This document shows positions 45,401 to 54,300 of a DNA stretch of 64,000 nucleotides, piece after piece. How positions within the stretch are numbered: position 1 is the stretch's first letter; each line of letters begins with the position of its first letter. The stretch comes from a virus. The notes under the pieces were generated by a model that was given only the letters and a program-made list of their open reading frames with translations, had not been told where the DNA came from and did not search any database. The position numbers and the translations under genes are program-made. The DNA lies in the IMG/VR virus record IMGVR_UViG_3300008954_002609, positions 1 to 64,000 of that record, one strand, 5' to 3'.

Positions 45401-47231
45401 GATAATTTTGCTCTACAGGATAATCTACTCCGTCGGCATACATGTTTATCTTTACAATCTCTTCATCTATTCCGTAACACCTTAACAGATTTCTGAATGC
45501 CTTCTCCGTGCCTTTGGATTTATAAATGTGGACAAGATTGTTATAAATGTTTTGATATATTACATTTTTTACATCTTCTAATCTCTGTTCATAATTTCTC
45601 TTTTCATCTCGTGAGGCGAATGCGGATAGCACATCTGCTTCTATGAAGATCTCCGGCGTTTCAAAACCAGCAGATCTTAGCATGGTATCCATGAAAGGGA
45701 GTGGCTTGTTACCATAATCTTGGTTTCTAAGGTGCTTTAAACTTGCTAAGTGCTGTATTTGCAGGAACAATTCATCAAAGTACGAGCCCATTATTTGGGT
45801 AAGCTTTCTTAATTCTCCATTGTCATCCTCTTCCAGAATCCACCCAGGTACAGAGTGATATATTGCAGCGTTGTTTGAGACGTCATACGTTTTTCCCAAT
45901 TCCCTCACATCATCCAAGTACTTGTTGAGCTTGGGGTTCTCCACATGTATTATTGGTTCCGCGAACTCCGTTGCCGAAGCCGAAGATTGGATTATTGCTG
46001 ACTTGATACTTCTTGCTCCGGAGGCATAGCCAACCCAGTTTCCGTTAGATACTCGACCCGAATAATCCAGAACAACCTTGTCTATACTGCTTGTTAGGGT
46101 TATCCCCTCATTAAACTTATAATAGATGCCCAAATCAACATTTGGATCTTCAACGTTCGACCCACCATCAACCTGAGCGAACCAATTGCGCCCAATGTCC
46201 TTGGATGACCTTTTCGTCTTCCAAAACCTAAACTCGTCCAATGAGCCAGATAGCTTACCAAATCCCAAACCAGGATTCAAAGAAGAATCCGAATCGTTCA
46301 AATCTGTCCCACTTGCGTCTTTTGCTGCAACAAGTGATCCGATGTTTGCCACCAGCGTGGTGTTCAAGCCACCTACGGATGAACCAGTGAGGAGCTGATG
46401 ATTCAGGTCTCCGTCCACATACATTCTGTAGTTGACCTGGCTTCCAGTATTCTGGAAGGCAAATGCGTAGTGGTGCCATTCTCCGTCTGATGCACTAGCG
46501 TAAAGACCAGCTGCACCTGAGACTATTAGATTCTTGAAGCCTGTTGATCCTGACCTGTAAGTGACTACCCACGGAGAGTTCTCCGTGGAAAGAGAACTGT
46601 CAAGCTCTATTGTTAGACGACCATATTTATGATCACCAGGTGTAGAACCCGATGTCCAAGCATCAAAGAGAACTTCTCTCTTTGTCAGAGACTGGTATGC
46701 GTCCTTCTTTAACCAAAATTCTACCGTGTTGCCGCGGCCGCCGTTAATGGTTAAATTCGATGTTCTATTGCTTGCCGTGCTCCACACGTTGTCAATATTA
46801 GGTCCGCCCTTTATGTAGACATATTCTTTTGTAGCGGGATTTCCATAGCTTCCTGATGTTGATACTCTAGATCCCCAGCCTGAAGGTGAAAACTTTATAT
46901 AACCGTGAGTTCTCGGGTATTCGTTCTCAAGTAAATAAAGATCAAGACCAGGAGAGTCGTTCACCCATTTTATTTTTTCAAACGAAGAGCCATCATACGG
47001 ATATTGTTCGTAAATTCTCTTTACGGCTGATTCATAGTATTCTTCCGCTAAACCAAACTTCGCAAAGTTGGAAGCGGTGGAATAGTTCACATGAGGTTTG
47101 AATTTTATCTTTCTCTTTACATACTCATCAATGTATTGACCGGATTCGATATCCTCAGTCAGATTATTGATCGTCGTTCCTGGCAGCATTTGCAAGGATT
47201 TTGTTTTGCTAAAAAGATTTTTTAAACTCAT
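36459..47231 (-). CDS. Giant (3590 aa) baseplate/adhesin protein with LamG (ConA-like) domains
   Basis: LamG-like 'TVEFWLK...WHHYAF...MYVDG...GSLDEFRFW' and 'SFSMW...WHHMAVT...FYLNG...EVTIWN'. Wedge-type 'NNLVHIYKSKGTEKAFRNLLRCYG'. Confidence 0.75.
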   Translation of the reverse strand: MSLKNLFSKTKSLQMLPGTTINNLTEDIESGQYIDEYVKRKIKFKPHVNYSTASNFAKFGLAEEYYESAVKRIYEQYPYDGSSFEKIKWVNDSPGLDLYLLENEYPRTHGYIKFSPSGWGSRVSTSGSYGNPATKEYVYIKGGPNIDNVWSTASNRTSNLTINGGRGNTVEFWLKKDAYQSLTKREVLFDAWTSGSTPGDHKYGRLTIELDSSLSTENSPWVVTYRSGSTGFKNLIVSGAAGLYASASDGEWHHYAFAFQNTGSQVNYRMYVDGDLNHQLLTGSSVGGLNTTLVANIGSLVAAKDASGTDLNDSDSSLNPGLGFGKLSGSLDEFRFWKTKRSSKDIGRNWFAQVDGGSNVEDPNVDLGIYYKFNEGITLTSSIDKVVLDYSGRVSNGNWVGYASGARSIKSAIIQSSASATEFAEPIIHVENPKLNKYLDDVRELGKTYDVSNNAAIYHSVPGWILEEDDNGELRKLTQIMGSYFDELFLQIQHLASLKHLRNQDYGNKPLPFMDTMLRSAGFETPEIFIEADVLSAFASRDEKRNYEQRLEDVKNVIYQNIYNNLVHIYKSKGTEKAFRNLLRCYGIDEEIVKINMYADGVDYPVEQNYRVSSLKTRCINFYHPHNHSATIYQYSSSLGRGNKSSEFPVSGYITGAHGNDSSVGLSFTTEAEVVFPKVHRPGEPGFISTNVSSSLFGAHTVKGAGTDLAWPASAKDFANFETYAVKDERHSRNAKFVIRSTSGIVSAMESPVFYDVYDGTKWNFAVRVAPKGTFGNTISGSTNSYQIEYYGIRTDAGEVKDKFYLTSSLTNAQGQRFHQYSKRLYAGAHRTDFAGSTKTLSDVHVSSLRHWLSYLDNETIKAHSIDPKAYGVPHPMRNAYTFMPGLDNPVPSIDTLALNWDFTTVTGSSTGGQFIIDDITSGSFKNKRDYGWAGDVVATNHPGRGDFFQSNSTSSVTVAFLEMSRQNIPENVQSSNMVRVLSRDEQTFTRDSKPINYNFSIEKSMYQAISQEMLDMFATIKDFSNLIGEPVNRYRPNYKSMEKLRQLFFDRIENTPDIEKYVEFYKWIDSALSSMLDQLKPASADFSEDIRNMIESHVLERNKYWAKFPTLEGKQAEPEPGQIKSINELVYNWKFGHAPLLKHTGIYKPSGSALQTENCLWWSERAGRKETSLSSGISATDAERETLRRTIYTEVSGTSYTLRSLTKPYRLKAEIQPVVHAGDNFHLNKKKDFFLGTSNPGAKDFIRISGSDVDFGKECTDVYHPRYGNGIGSEVFEKKRLGGKADISNTNADFDLNTIAPFSMYSSSTDVPTDYKAEIYDNFKKGIDITNLHSDAYGDDREIPIQSPFTEHWVGGHSHRHQHLNMMRPKIPQADPALQNTTMSLDHKGRRFEAFALTMSQGQLYVTSPNLYALNHEPPGTFHVSLTSSTHNRSRVLREPLAKRPVNIRNIKTTASEYAKDTVLNIGNYKHEYEIVQGTSVEMSPVFLIRTASNEPIGTTTNSPYFVEINERRKYERPKRKNVFVNRFSAPGGVETAGDSLGGPGLDVATNQYSVYNTLNYRNLMARLALNEWSTDRMGQFGATHNSSITSSTTTASYHKVQGNPRYVATSSDESGHECRPKYDNNFVQHQIPQSDLGYAWIRNSTLETTCSYNRLESNFTYPKSQTNEKIFETNEANAVDFESPTFLSASDRGLRTSDANRLLSYGVDHALTNRPDPGIPTDFLGLNSIIYEHVSQSNNTLGGLAPIDSRGGLLTSSIEARLRAHTLNHMLLNRGSIHGYPTWKQLRAGDHPVARKLRKENIFSLAVRRDDPEMMSFSPSYFTDGDYSWPENIEHTKTRTSRTISSQRYRFTESVVTYSKPLTTTAIASIDESSNVPVALTTMRAALLRTPGGRSIASGGKITYLNDLVTFSNPELVRFLQIDQIFDMSEALSTKMPKNIVQSVYPVTIYPRDVNSYSNKSRKRENFVIDWWKTKRSDRGVSEPNSQGEHIGITSSMWPLDAQENFGTSKEISLGTDVPGTFGEGELMSSYSLFRSGSNTWWGNPSASALYARKFPETPWTYCLTVEEANRENYWNKSTYGDSWNTYSTGGVENSYMEIVFNGPGTEHEFSLVFVKTEALKVTRETQIWGTGRPTIAVCLSQSSYTKAGIADAIKETINTHSGIKPRIKASSSGAKVTLEFRGVHEKSRWPTSGYRGGFSGTDYTLNTSMDGARVETVRTGIRHVSLLANFLKVSASTNTYLAGAAKWEAGDQAGRYPFNYENYDDYAQDMRIIGKEYSVIPEYRISDHMSDYMDSPSQDPFFDCFQSDFLSLTGASDNYNNSSQGDFFKVYGHSDFIKHFEIVKSGHRSLEMHPANLTLKCKALKKLLPYKGFYPAQRTLQLAETFKSTYGPGTSITPEDYTTTGSNYAHWRTALAPFYSPGITYNSIKSGIAVDYPVFVPKKDRPYLEFVTLFNGSGSTNRCDIGQAQDWMKMVTGSIRKASTAATSGISFSMWANFKEDPDDATNNPENSGSLIHIGDDNNCTEGIQFLKRGGRLVFGMWHGSSSYKEWQTKKRILSSSNLWHHMAVTKKFDGSAPAFYLNGKSYQHELTRSAGTLNETALVFEPPVTGDHNCSIGNTRAATGSNPEDIMRGSMEMAVAEVTIWNKQMSTASILGLHGGESYGSYATDAPQLGTPFRPDVCVGKNEAKNLVGWYRMGNDYGYMTAGDSGSAYMTNQQNMRNHALDLYADAGKFGLSGSGGRVETLSYAQFTGFSDVWQEIDSKVFKDDGSGGITRFGDAWLTGAVHMLTGAYKYPTYITGSPYNETMDGGIPRIGSASYSMGVLSGSNYGVYGPTSYMSYWSTGSSSPYGGIQRVERIPFEAVIDPRRLQSNTVTRVGANVNTALVDERVVFYETEPHPSASLQPCSFMRNIGGGNRTANAGIHNTNDINAMDPHSRGLFAYGEDTYAQTFVRGTPTTSSAMTSSFSLTEMRALGQTNYTKASNNFFAETMNFFLKGGHSTILKSADVLKQAVDPNKTYKMTLRLYRPPTEDFPIYNRPEAFGPPVDANSSGSWKEVGRDKTEYPGHGFSPFTPPHYDSYAEVEYTFTPEVGVKYESVEDVLETITTQNKLGTNTIKYNRFVKGTGSAGSTDYIFSGLTNSDFAIGKPGSRNSIQPIIESLNKSHAMQISSSFNGIDISEASLLPTKENTREDADILRKSWIIQSKWETPNMDFRRASAVQPKPYGLTKTLGMWHQTGSYKTPISFMEIRPTKRNSTSAPLDELLGMHFVSQGKELGNEVKRVSIGQMPEERKISEAVVAVPFIEGANGKRQFFVLPKSEVYKAVQAAGFSKYKKSEIEAVEMGSTTTSQNASGRSGHSEPIVPRKSIQDMVDKMLRYVIPPKMNFLKYNDPEENFISPFAMYIFEFEHTLSKNDIALMWQNLPPDVALNNFHKDSGDSLQAEAVVSHELTQNGGLLSDEKLNEGVKWLVFKAKKKAETNYFKKMKRDRLPNGHPDGEVSVENDIFDYGYNWPYDYFSLVELVKVEAEVGFARQEDISQPLTREEIASVVARTAGISINKEEEDSPRQFDTANHFSMIIKGVPKK

Positions 47232-49172
47232 TTACTTTTCTACTCTAAACTTAAAAACCTTATCTTGCACAACGTGTCTACCCTCCAGATCATAAGCAAA
47301 CTGAATACCATATGAGTAGCCAGATTCGAACAGAGACATGTTAAGGTCAAAGTAATTCCCCTTCTTATCATACGATAACTTCGTATATTTTGTCTGCTGA
47401 CCGGCAGAACCCGTCCCAAATGGTACCACGTCTAGCCGATCAATTATCCTATAAATTCGATAATATCCTTCTTTTACTATTGAAGGAGAAGTCTCGGCTG
47501 TCGCAACATTGTAAATATTTGGTTGCCAATTCCTCTCTCTAATAAAAACCCTGAATCTAACTTTGTCACTTTGTGAGTATGATTCTTTAAAATTGCTTAT
47601 ACTAGTGACATAACCTTGGATACCTGGGTTATAATCATACGCATTGTGTTTCTTTACCTTAAATACTGAACCAGTCACCAACTGTATCCCTTGAGATACT
47701 CCTGTCGGCTTACTCCAGACGTCGAATATTTCGCTTTCAGATCCTGTAAATGCAAAAGAAGCAGAATAAATGCCAGTACTGACCCAGCCTCCGGTTACAA
47801 CTGTGGCACCATCGACGGTTACGCCACCTCCTATTGGCAACGTTTTCGCCTTTATAGCTGTATTTTTTACGTTACCTGATGGAAATAACTGTAGGTTTAT
47901 TTGTGTATACGCGCTGTTGCTGCCAGAATTTCCGCCTAAGACTGGAATGTTCTTTAATTTTCCATTTACGATATTGTATAAATATAGAGTATTTAAATTG
48001 TCTTCACCTGTTAGAAGCGAGCTACTAAGATGAAAGTCTCCCCTGTCGTCACCTATTGAGTCATCCCAGCGGGCTTCAATGAGCGGTCTCTTATAGAAAT
48101 ACTCAGACCCTCTTGCGAAAAATTTCTTAGTATAATAGGACCTGTTGTATCCTCCATTCTCATACGACCCAGACATCTTAAGCATGATACCATAGTTCTC
48201 TCTATCGGGGTCCACCGTTGATTCAGCTTCTATCCATTCTTCCACCAAGGCGGTTACATTTAATTCTAAGTCTTCTGTACCTTTTTCAAAATACTTGGAA
48301 TAGTTTGGCAAATTACGGCCGGCAGTGTATCCAACTTCATGATAATCACCGCCCTCGGTGGACCATCGGATTTTACCACCGTGCTGAACCGTAGTAACAG
48401 TCAGGTGGCTAGTAGATATGTTTCCCTGGAATGATCCAGAAACTCCTGCTGATCCCGTTGTTGTGATCCTAACTGTTGCCCCTGCTGAATCATCCGTATC
48501 GTCATAAGACACAGATGCAGATAGTCCCGTTTCGTATGTTCTGATGGATCCGCTCAATATATTAGCCATCTGTTTGACTGTGCTTATACTGCCAGTGAAC
48601 GGAACCGTAATCTCTACTCCAGGCAAAGCTGCTGTGATTGCGTCGGAATCTGTTTGAAAAACAAAATTAAACCTTTTGTTATCCGCGTTATAAATAGTAA
48701 AATATTCGTTCTTGAGGTTTCCTTTTGTGGTTGTTATAAACTTTACGTCTGTTATGTTCTGCTGTAGCGTGTTTGAAGCCATAATCCAACTAGCTTCGTC
48801 ATTGTCCGTGTACTCTTCCATATCAAGACCCTGTCCCTCGTCCCAGGACCTAGAAACAGGAAGAACATGCAAATTGAATTTCTTAGGTAGGCTGTCACCG
48901 TGAGGACAATTAAACATTCTTAAGAAAAACCTTACAGACCCAGACTCAGGTATATCTCCGTTTGTTCGATCCGTGGTGATAGTATCTACAGGAAACTTAA
49001 CCAACGCTCTTGCTTTTTCTAGAGACGAAGTTGTCGATTGTCCATATATGGAAAAGACTTCTAAAATATCTGACTCACCCATATTTGACCCAGTAGCCCT
49101 CGTGGATAAGTCGTTCTTAAATGCGTTTGTAATGGTTGTGTCTGCGTTTGCAGTATATCTCTTTATAGCCAT
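47232..49172 (-). CDS. Virion structural protein (baseplate region)
   Basis: Lies between gp6 and the giant protein. Beta-rich. 'ADTTI...VSRSWDEGQG...NVTALVEEW...NYGIMLK' resembles DNRLRE-type domains. Confidence 0.6.
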   Translation of the reverse strand: MAIKRYTANADTTITNAFKNDLSTRATGSNMGESDILEVFSIYGQSTTSSLEKARALVKFPVDTITTDRTNGDIPESGSVRFFLRMFNCPHGDSLPKKFNLHVLPVSRSWDEGQGLDMEEYTDNDEASWIMASNTLQQNITDVKFITTTKGNLKNEYFTIYNADNKRFNFVFQTDSDAITAALPGVEITVPFTGSISTVKQMANILSGSIRTYETGLSASVSYDDTDDSAGATVRITTTGSAGVSGSFQGNISTSHLTVTTVQHGGKIRWSTEGGDYHEVGYTAGRNLPNYSKYFEKGTEDLELNVTALVEEWIEAESTVDPDRENYGIMLKMSGSYENGGYNRSYYTKKFFARGSEYFYKRPLIEARWDDSIGDDRGDFHLSSSLLTGEDNLNTLYLYNIVNGKLKNIPVLGGNSGSNSAYTQINLQLFPSGNVKNTAIKAKTLPIGGGVTVDGATVVTGGWVSTGIYSASFAFTGSESEIFDVWSKPTGVSQGIQLVTGSVFKVKKHNAYDYNPGIQGYVTSISNFKESYSQSDKVRFRVFIRERNWQPNIYNVATAETSPSIVKEGYYRIYRIIDRLDVVPFGTGSAGQQTKYTKLSYDKKGNYFDLNMSLFESGYSYGIQFAYDLEGRHVVQDKVFKFRVEK

Positions 49173-50962
49173 TAGACAATTCTACCTTCTATATCAATTT
49201 GTGGATATTTCATTTCCAAGATAGCAGTGCTTGGAGGAGTTATGACGCGACCACCTTCAGATGAATTACTCTTTATACTGAAAAGGATCTCAGAATATGG
49301 TGCGCCTGCTTTATTGAATATTTCAACATTTGCAACGTCAACCACTGCTGGAACATCTTTAAGAGCCTTGAATATGTCTGATACAGTGATCGGTTCGCCT
49401 ATTTCTCTTACCTCTGTAGTAATTTCCTCTACCACCAACTGAGACTCTCTCAGTGCTTGGTGTCGGTTCGCGTTTTCGTCTATCACTATGTCGTATCTTA
49501 CCCCGTAGTTTATAATTCTTGCATCTAGAATGTCAATAGTGTCGTTTATCATTCTAGCACTATTGAGCCAAGTTCTTAAATTTCTCTTTATTGTTGAGTT
49601 AGCCCTGGTTAGAGTTCCGTCGGGAGCCTCAGACAAGACATACAAGTTAAGATTCCTTTTGAAAGAATCTCTATCTTTTTGAATGGTGCATCTCTTTATG
49701 GCTCCAAAATTAGCCGGCATGGCATAAGTCATGCTCACGTAGTCCTGTTTTGTTACTGCTCTGTTTTGTGCCGCGAAATTAGCCATGGCGCGGAGCTTGA
49801 CCTCCTCTACGTTGGGTAGAGAAACATCTCCAATAATGGGCTCCGAGTTTGAAACTTCCAGGCTGCTTGCTATGAATCTTCTGGTTGATCTATCCAAATT
49901 TAATACGTCAACAAAGTCCATAATCGGAGAGGTAACTCTCACTATCCTGTTGGCTCCAGCGTTGACGCTCTCTGCTGTATTCGCCCTGTATACTATTCTT
50001 AACATAGTATTCGCTGGGGCGACTCCAAACTTATCTGTAGATGTTAACTTAACTGGATCGAAGTTTGTATCTGATATAAAGTTTTTACCGTGCCTCTTAA
50101 GTGTGATGTTCGCAGGATCAGCCACCGAACCTGAAACTAATTCTGTTTCTGATCCGTATCCAAATTGCAGGGAAGTCATTGTGTCAATGTGAGTGACGCT
50201 GAACCTCCTAGGGACAGACATTGCTTTTAATAAATTTGGCACAGAATCATTCTTAGCATTACTGTTGGTCACAGGCTTGAACACCGTATCTTGTGATAAA
50301 TGCTCCACTTCATGATAAATATGACCTTCTGAGTCAGATACCGATATCACTTCTGTTATATTTGTATCTGGAATATCGATCGAGAGGAACCTCTGGAAAT
50401 CTCCAACTTCGACTGTGTGGACCCTATTTTCTCCGGACATTACTCGCCCTTCGGACTTCACAGCATAATAAGTAGGTGCGCCGGTTTCCTCGTTGACCCT
50501 TGCAACAACAACCTCGTTTGATGATTCTGCGAAAGATATATCGTCCATCAGTGAATACGGCATACCACGCTCTGTCTCAACCCGCGTGCCCGTTCTAAGA
50601 ATCGGGGCGTATCTCAGGTCTGGTCCCCCATCTGAAGCCGCTGGGACTAGCGCGTAAAATTGACACATCCCATACGAAGCAGGGGATTTGTTTAATTTAT
50701 ATCCCAAGAACTGGGACAGCTTTAGAACATTTGTATACTCCCCGGCTGTTGCAAAAAAAGACTCATTTGCCTGATAGTCTAAATAAAACGATAGCATATC
50801 TCCAACATACGCCACCGTGTCTATCATCAGAGAACCAAAAGAAGCTTCACTGAAATCCTTAAATGTATCCGGATAATACCTCTTTGTGTGTTGTAGTAGG
50901 GACCTTCTTATACTCGTAAAGTCTCTACTTGTGTAATCAATGGGTATATTCTTCTTTGGCAT
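49172..50962 (-). CDS. Baseplate wedge subunit (T4 gp6 / baseplate J-like)
   Basis: 'IDYTSRDF..IR', 'AYVGDMLSFYLDYQANESF' and 'QNRAVTKQDY'. Confidence 0.92.
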   Translation of the reverse strand: MPKKNIPIDYTSRDFTSIRRSLLQHTKRYYPDTFKDFSEASFGSLMIDTVAYVGDMLSFYLDYQANESFFATAGEYTNVLKLSQFLGYKLNKSPASYGMCQFYALVPAASDGGPDLRYAPILRTGTRVETERGMPYSLMDDISFAESSNEVVVARVNEETGAPTYYAVKSEGRVMSGENRVHTVEVGDFQRFLSIDIPDTNITEVISVSDSEGHIYHEVEHLSQDTVFKPVTNSNAKNDSVPNLLKAMSVPRRFSVTHIDTMTSLQFGYGSETELVSGSVADPANITLKRHGKNFISDTNFDPVKLTSTDKFGVAPANTMLRIVYRANTAESVNAGANRIVRVTSPIMDFVDVLNLDRSTRRFIASSLEVSNSEPIIGDVSLPNVEEVKLRAMANFAAQNRAVTKQDYVSMTYAMPANFGAIKRCTIQKDRDSFKRNLNLYVLSEAPDGTLTRANSTIKRNLRTWLNSARMINDTIDILDARIINYGVRYDIVIDENANRHQALRESQLVVEEITTEVREIGEPITVSDIFKALKDVPAVVDVANVEIFNKAGAPYSEILFSIKSNSSEGGRVITPPSTAILEMKYPQIDIEGRIV

Positions 50963-50980
50963 GTATACTCCCTCTCCTTA

Positions 50981-51376
50981 TTAAATAGTCTGCGATGTAC
51001 TTATTTCAAGAATATCATCTGTCTGGAGACCGTCAATCGTATACAACAATTGTATTGATATTGGGACCCCCGATGACATGTAAAGCCCTTGTTCTGGTGC
51101 CTTTATTGCTATGTTCTTTATTTTCACGAATGGCATATATCTCTTTATCTGTTGGGTGATCTTACCTCTTATATCATCGTAGGTGAACTCGTTAGCTAAT
51201 TCGAAAAGATACCTTCTCAAACCAACGCCGAAAAGAGGATCCATGACTCTCTCTCCAGGGGAAGTCAATATAAGCATTTTTAAATTTTGTTTCACGGCGG
51301 CATACACCGTTTTATTCATGACGTAGCCGTCTTGGGCATCTATCTGTAACGGCAATTTTACTGAAACTGAAGGCAT
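50981..51376 (-). CDS. Baseplate wedge/sheath initiator (T4 gp25-like)
   Basis: 'VKQNLKMLILTSPGERVMDPLFGVGL'. Confidence 0.92.
   Translation of the reverse strand: MPSVSVKLPLQIDAQDGYVMNKTVYAAVKQNLKMLILTSPGERVMDPLFGVGLRRYLFELANEFTYDDIRGKITQQIKRYMPFVKIKNIAIKAPEQGLYMSSGVPISIQLLYTIDGLQTDDILEISTSQTI
50982..50989 (-). promoter_or_regulatory. Putative late promoter ACTATTTA overlapping the gp25 stop
   Basis: Same motif, about 20 nt upstream of the gp6 ATG. Confidence 0.45.
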
Positions 51377-51380
51377 TATT

Positions 51381-54300
51381 TTAGTCTCCTAATAAATTAT
51401 TTATACTATCGCGCAAATCTTGTGCCTGCTCTTCTTCCGGGTCGGATTTGCCAGCTGGCTTATTGTCATCGCATACCTTAAATACTTGTTCAGGATCTTT
51501 TTTAAGCCTATCTCTGTATCTTTCTCCTGACATTTCTGATAATCCCATAGCCAGTAGCCCAAAAGGTGTCAAAAATGACCCGTATCTGTCGCTGGTCCTC
51601 TTTGTTATCGAGTTCTCTATTCTTGTTGTGATGGTTAGCAAATCCCCTGCCCCATCTATTAACAGTGGTATGCCCGCGCCCGGTGGTATCATACTCATCC
51701 CAGCTGCTATTTTTCCTGCCGCTACTGCAGTATCTATTGGTCCTTGTATGTTCATTGGGACAAAAGTCTTTTTCGGGGTAAAACCGTTTTTGACTGAGAG
51801 GTCGGCGGTGGACAACTCTCCAGATTCAATGGACAAGGACTGTATGTTTAGACCTGCCTTTGTGTTTCGTGGGTTCTTATCAAATGTCTTTTTAAGATCC
51901 TTGTATGCAGGATCTAATCCGCCGGCAACAGTCCTCACCAACCTAGGGATGAATGTCTTAAACATTTTTTCAACAATTTTACTTATATCTGGGATACTCT
52001 GCATCGCTGCATCTCCAAGACCAGTGGATGTCTGGTCAGAAGTTAGTAGATTGTAACTTGAGGCTCCACCTAAAGGTAATTGATTAGAAGCAGTGTTAAT
52101 GTCCGTGTCACCTAATGCTTGAACCATCTTCTGAGTTAGCTTTCTTGTTGGCATAAAAATTTGTACCAGATCCGGAGATAGGTCGAACATGCTTTGGATA
52201 TAAATCGTATACATCTCCTGATACCTGTCTAGAGGAAATACGAAGTCGAAAAAGTACCTCATATTAAACCCTGGCTCCTCGACCAGTGACCTTTTGCCGT
52301 TGTCTTCTATATATTCTCCGAGTCCCAGGGCGTTCCTTATCGCATTATCATCCACCTTGTTTAAGAGTTTCCGCAACCTATCCAGGTGGACCCCTTCCGT
52401 GGCTTCTATTTGGTCTTGGCTGGGATTACCTAAATCTAAAAATGCACGAGGCTCAAACATGGCTTCTACTTCTTTAAATATTTCGCGGTGGCATGATGGC
52501 CACTGTTCGGAAGCTATAGGGGTTGGAAACATAAGACCAATTGGTTGCGCTGTAACCTGGTTGATCCCCAGAGCACCACCCAATTCAGGCATGATCACTC
52601 TAAATCCACCATCGCCGCCTGCTTCTGCGGCTACACCCAAGCCGGTTGTCCAATATGCAACATTAACGAACGGGACCCCATATACGAATTCTGCTCTAAA
52701 CTTACCGTAGTCGTTTGTGGATGTATCAGGGTGTATCTCAAGTGCCGGTGATGGTGTAAACGTCTCATGAAGCCAATTTTTTGCCAACCTCCTCACTTTC
52801 TGTTCTTCCTCCGCATTGCCGGCATTAAAGTCAGTGAAAAATTTCAACTGTGCTTCTCGTCTGCCTGACCTGTGTGGAGTCGTAGTCCCTATATAAGCCC
52901 TGTTCTTGGCAACCAACTCTGATTTAGGAACAAATTTATGTTCCAGGCGAAGACCGGGATTGATCATACTATTTACGTTTACCCCGGCCCAATAAGACCA
53001 ATCAGTCATGATATTAGAGCCTAGCAGGGAAAACTCATCGATAGTGTTTGGAGTTTCAATGTCAGCGTTATCATGGAGGTTTAATGTGCGTCGTTGGGCA
53101 CCAATGAAGTCTCTATACATGTCTGGATCAAGTGCCTCGATTGGGTCTGGGTCGCCCATTGAACTGAGTATCTTTTTTGCCATTTGTTCTGCTAATTCGC
53201 TCGGGGTGGCATCGACCACCTCAAATGTACCGTCCTCATTCTGAACTGATTTAAAGGGTCTAAAATCTATTCCTGTCATTTTACCTGGACAAAATACCAA
53301 CCTAATTCCCCTGAATGTATTAAATGCGTTTTCTACGATTTCCCGCTTTATCTGTTTTGCCAGAGCAACCAAATTTGCCTTGCCCTCATTCATTCCCTGA
53401 TTTCCAACAGGAATGCCATCTTCTGCCCGTATTATGCTTTGGATAAATAATAACAAATCAAGGTGTTCGTCTCGGTTGAATACCCCCTCATAACACCTCC
53501 AGGTCCTCCTCTTTTCAAGAAATGGGAAATATAACTCAGGTAATGACGGGGAATTTGCGTTTGGACCCAAAGTGGCGACGGCTTCTTGTATAAGATTATG
53601 TTCCAATATTTGACTCAGGGATCCCTTGATCCTGTTCTGAATAAATTCTTCTGAGAATTTATAGTACTTTTCTAAGTAAAATTTGCCTTGCTCATATTCT
53701 CTCAGGTCTGATAAAGTGGTCCCTCCGAAGATCCTCGGTCCTGAATCGTGAGATTTATGCAACGGCAACAGACCTCTGTACTGGTCAATGCCGTTTAACC
53801 GCATTGCCTCTCTGTTTTCAGGGTTTGGTCTGATGCTCTCGCGAGACACTACTTCTGTGGCTGTTTCTGAAAGTTCGTTGAAAAACTCTTCTTTGAGAGA
53901 CTTAAAAGAAGGAGAGAATATTCTATCTATGGTATCGCTCATGTCTTCGCTATCCAACACTACGTCTAATATATTCTTTACAGCTGCTCGTATATTACTG
54001 TCATTTCCCACCTTCCTCACCTCTTCAAGGAAGGGATTTCCATCAATTCCGGCGGAGCTTGCTGCCTCGTGACCCCAATTGCCGGCAATGGTGGCTACGA
54101 AATAGTCATGTATATAGTCTGAGATTATTTCAGATTTTAATATTTCACTTGCCGAATATGCAGAAAATACATACATTCCCTTTAAAACAAATTCCAAAAC
54201 ATAGGTCTTGACATAGAAGATAACCAACTGAGAAATCATGCCCTCTTCAAGTGGACCAGGCTTTGAAAAGTCTCTATTTTCTGGTTTGTTGTTTTTATTT

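Noticed and set aside
51448-52056. 202-aa + strand ORF, and the many other 60-170 aa + strand ORFs
   Set aside because: They lie antisense to long, well-supported minus-strand genes and have no recognisable motifs, so they are treated as shadow ORFs.
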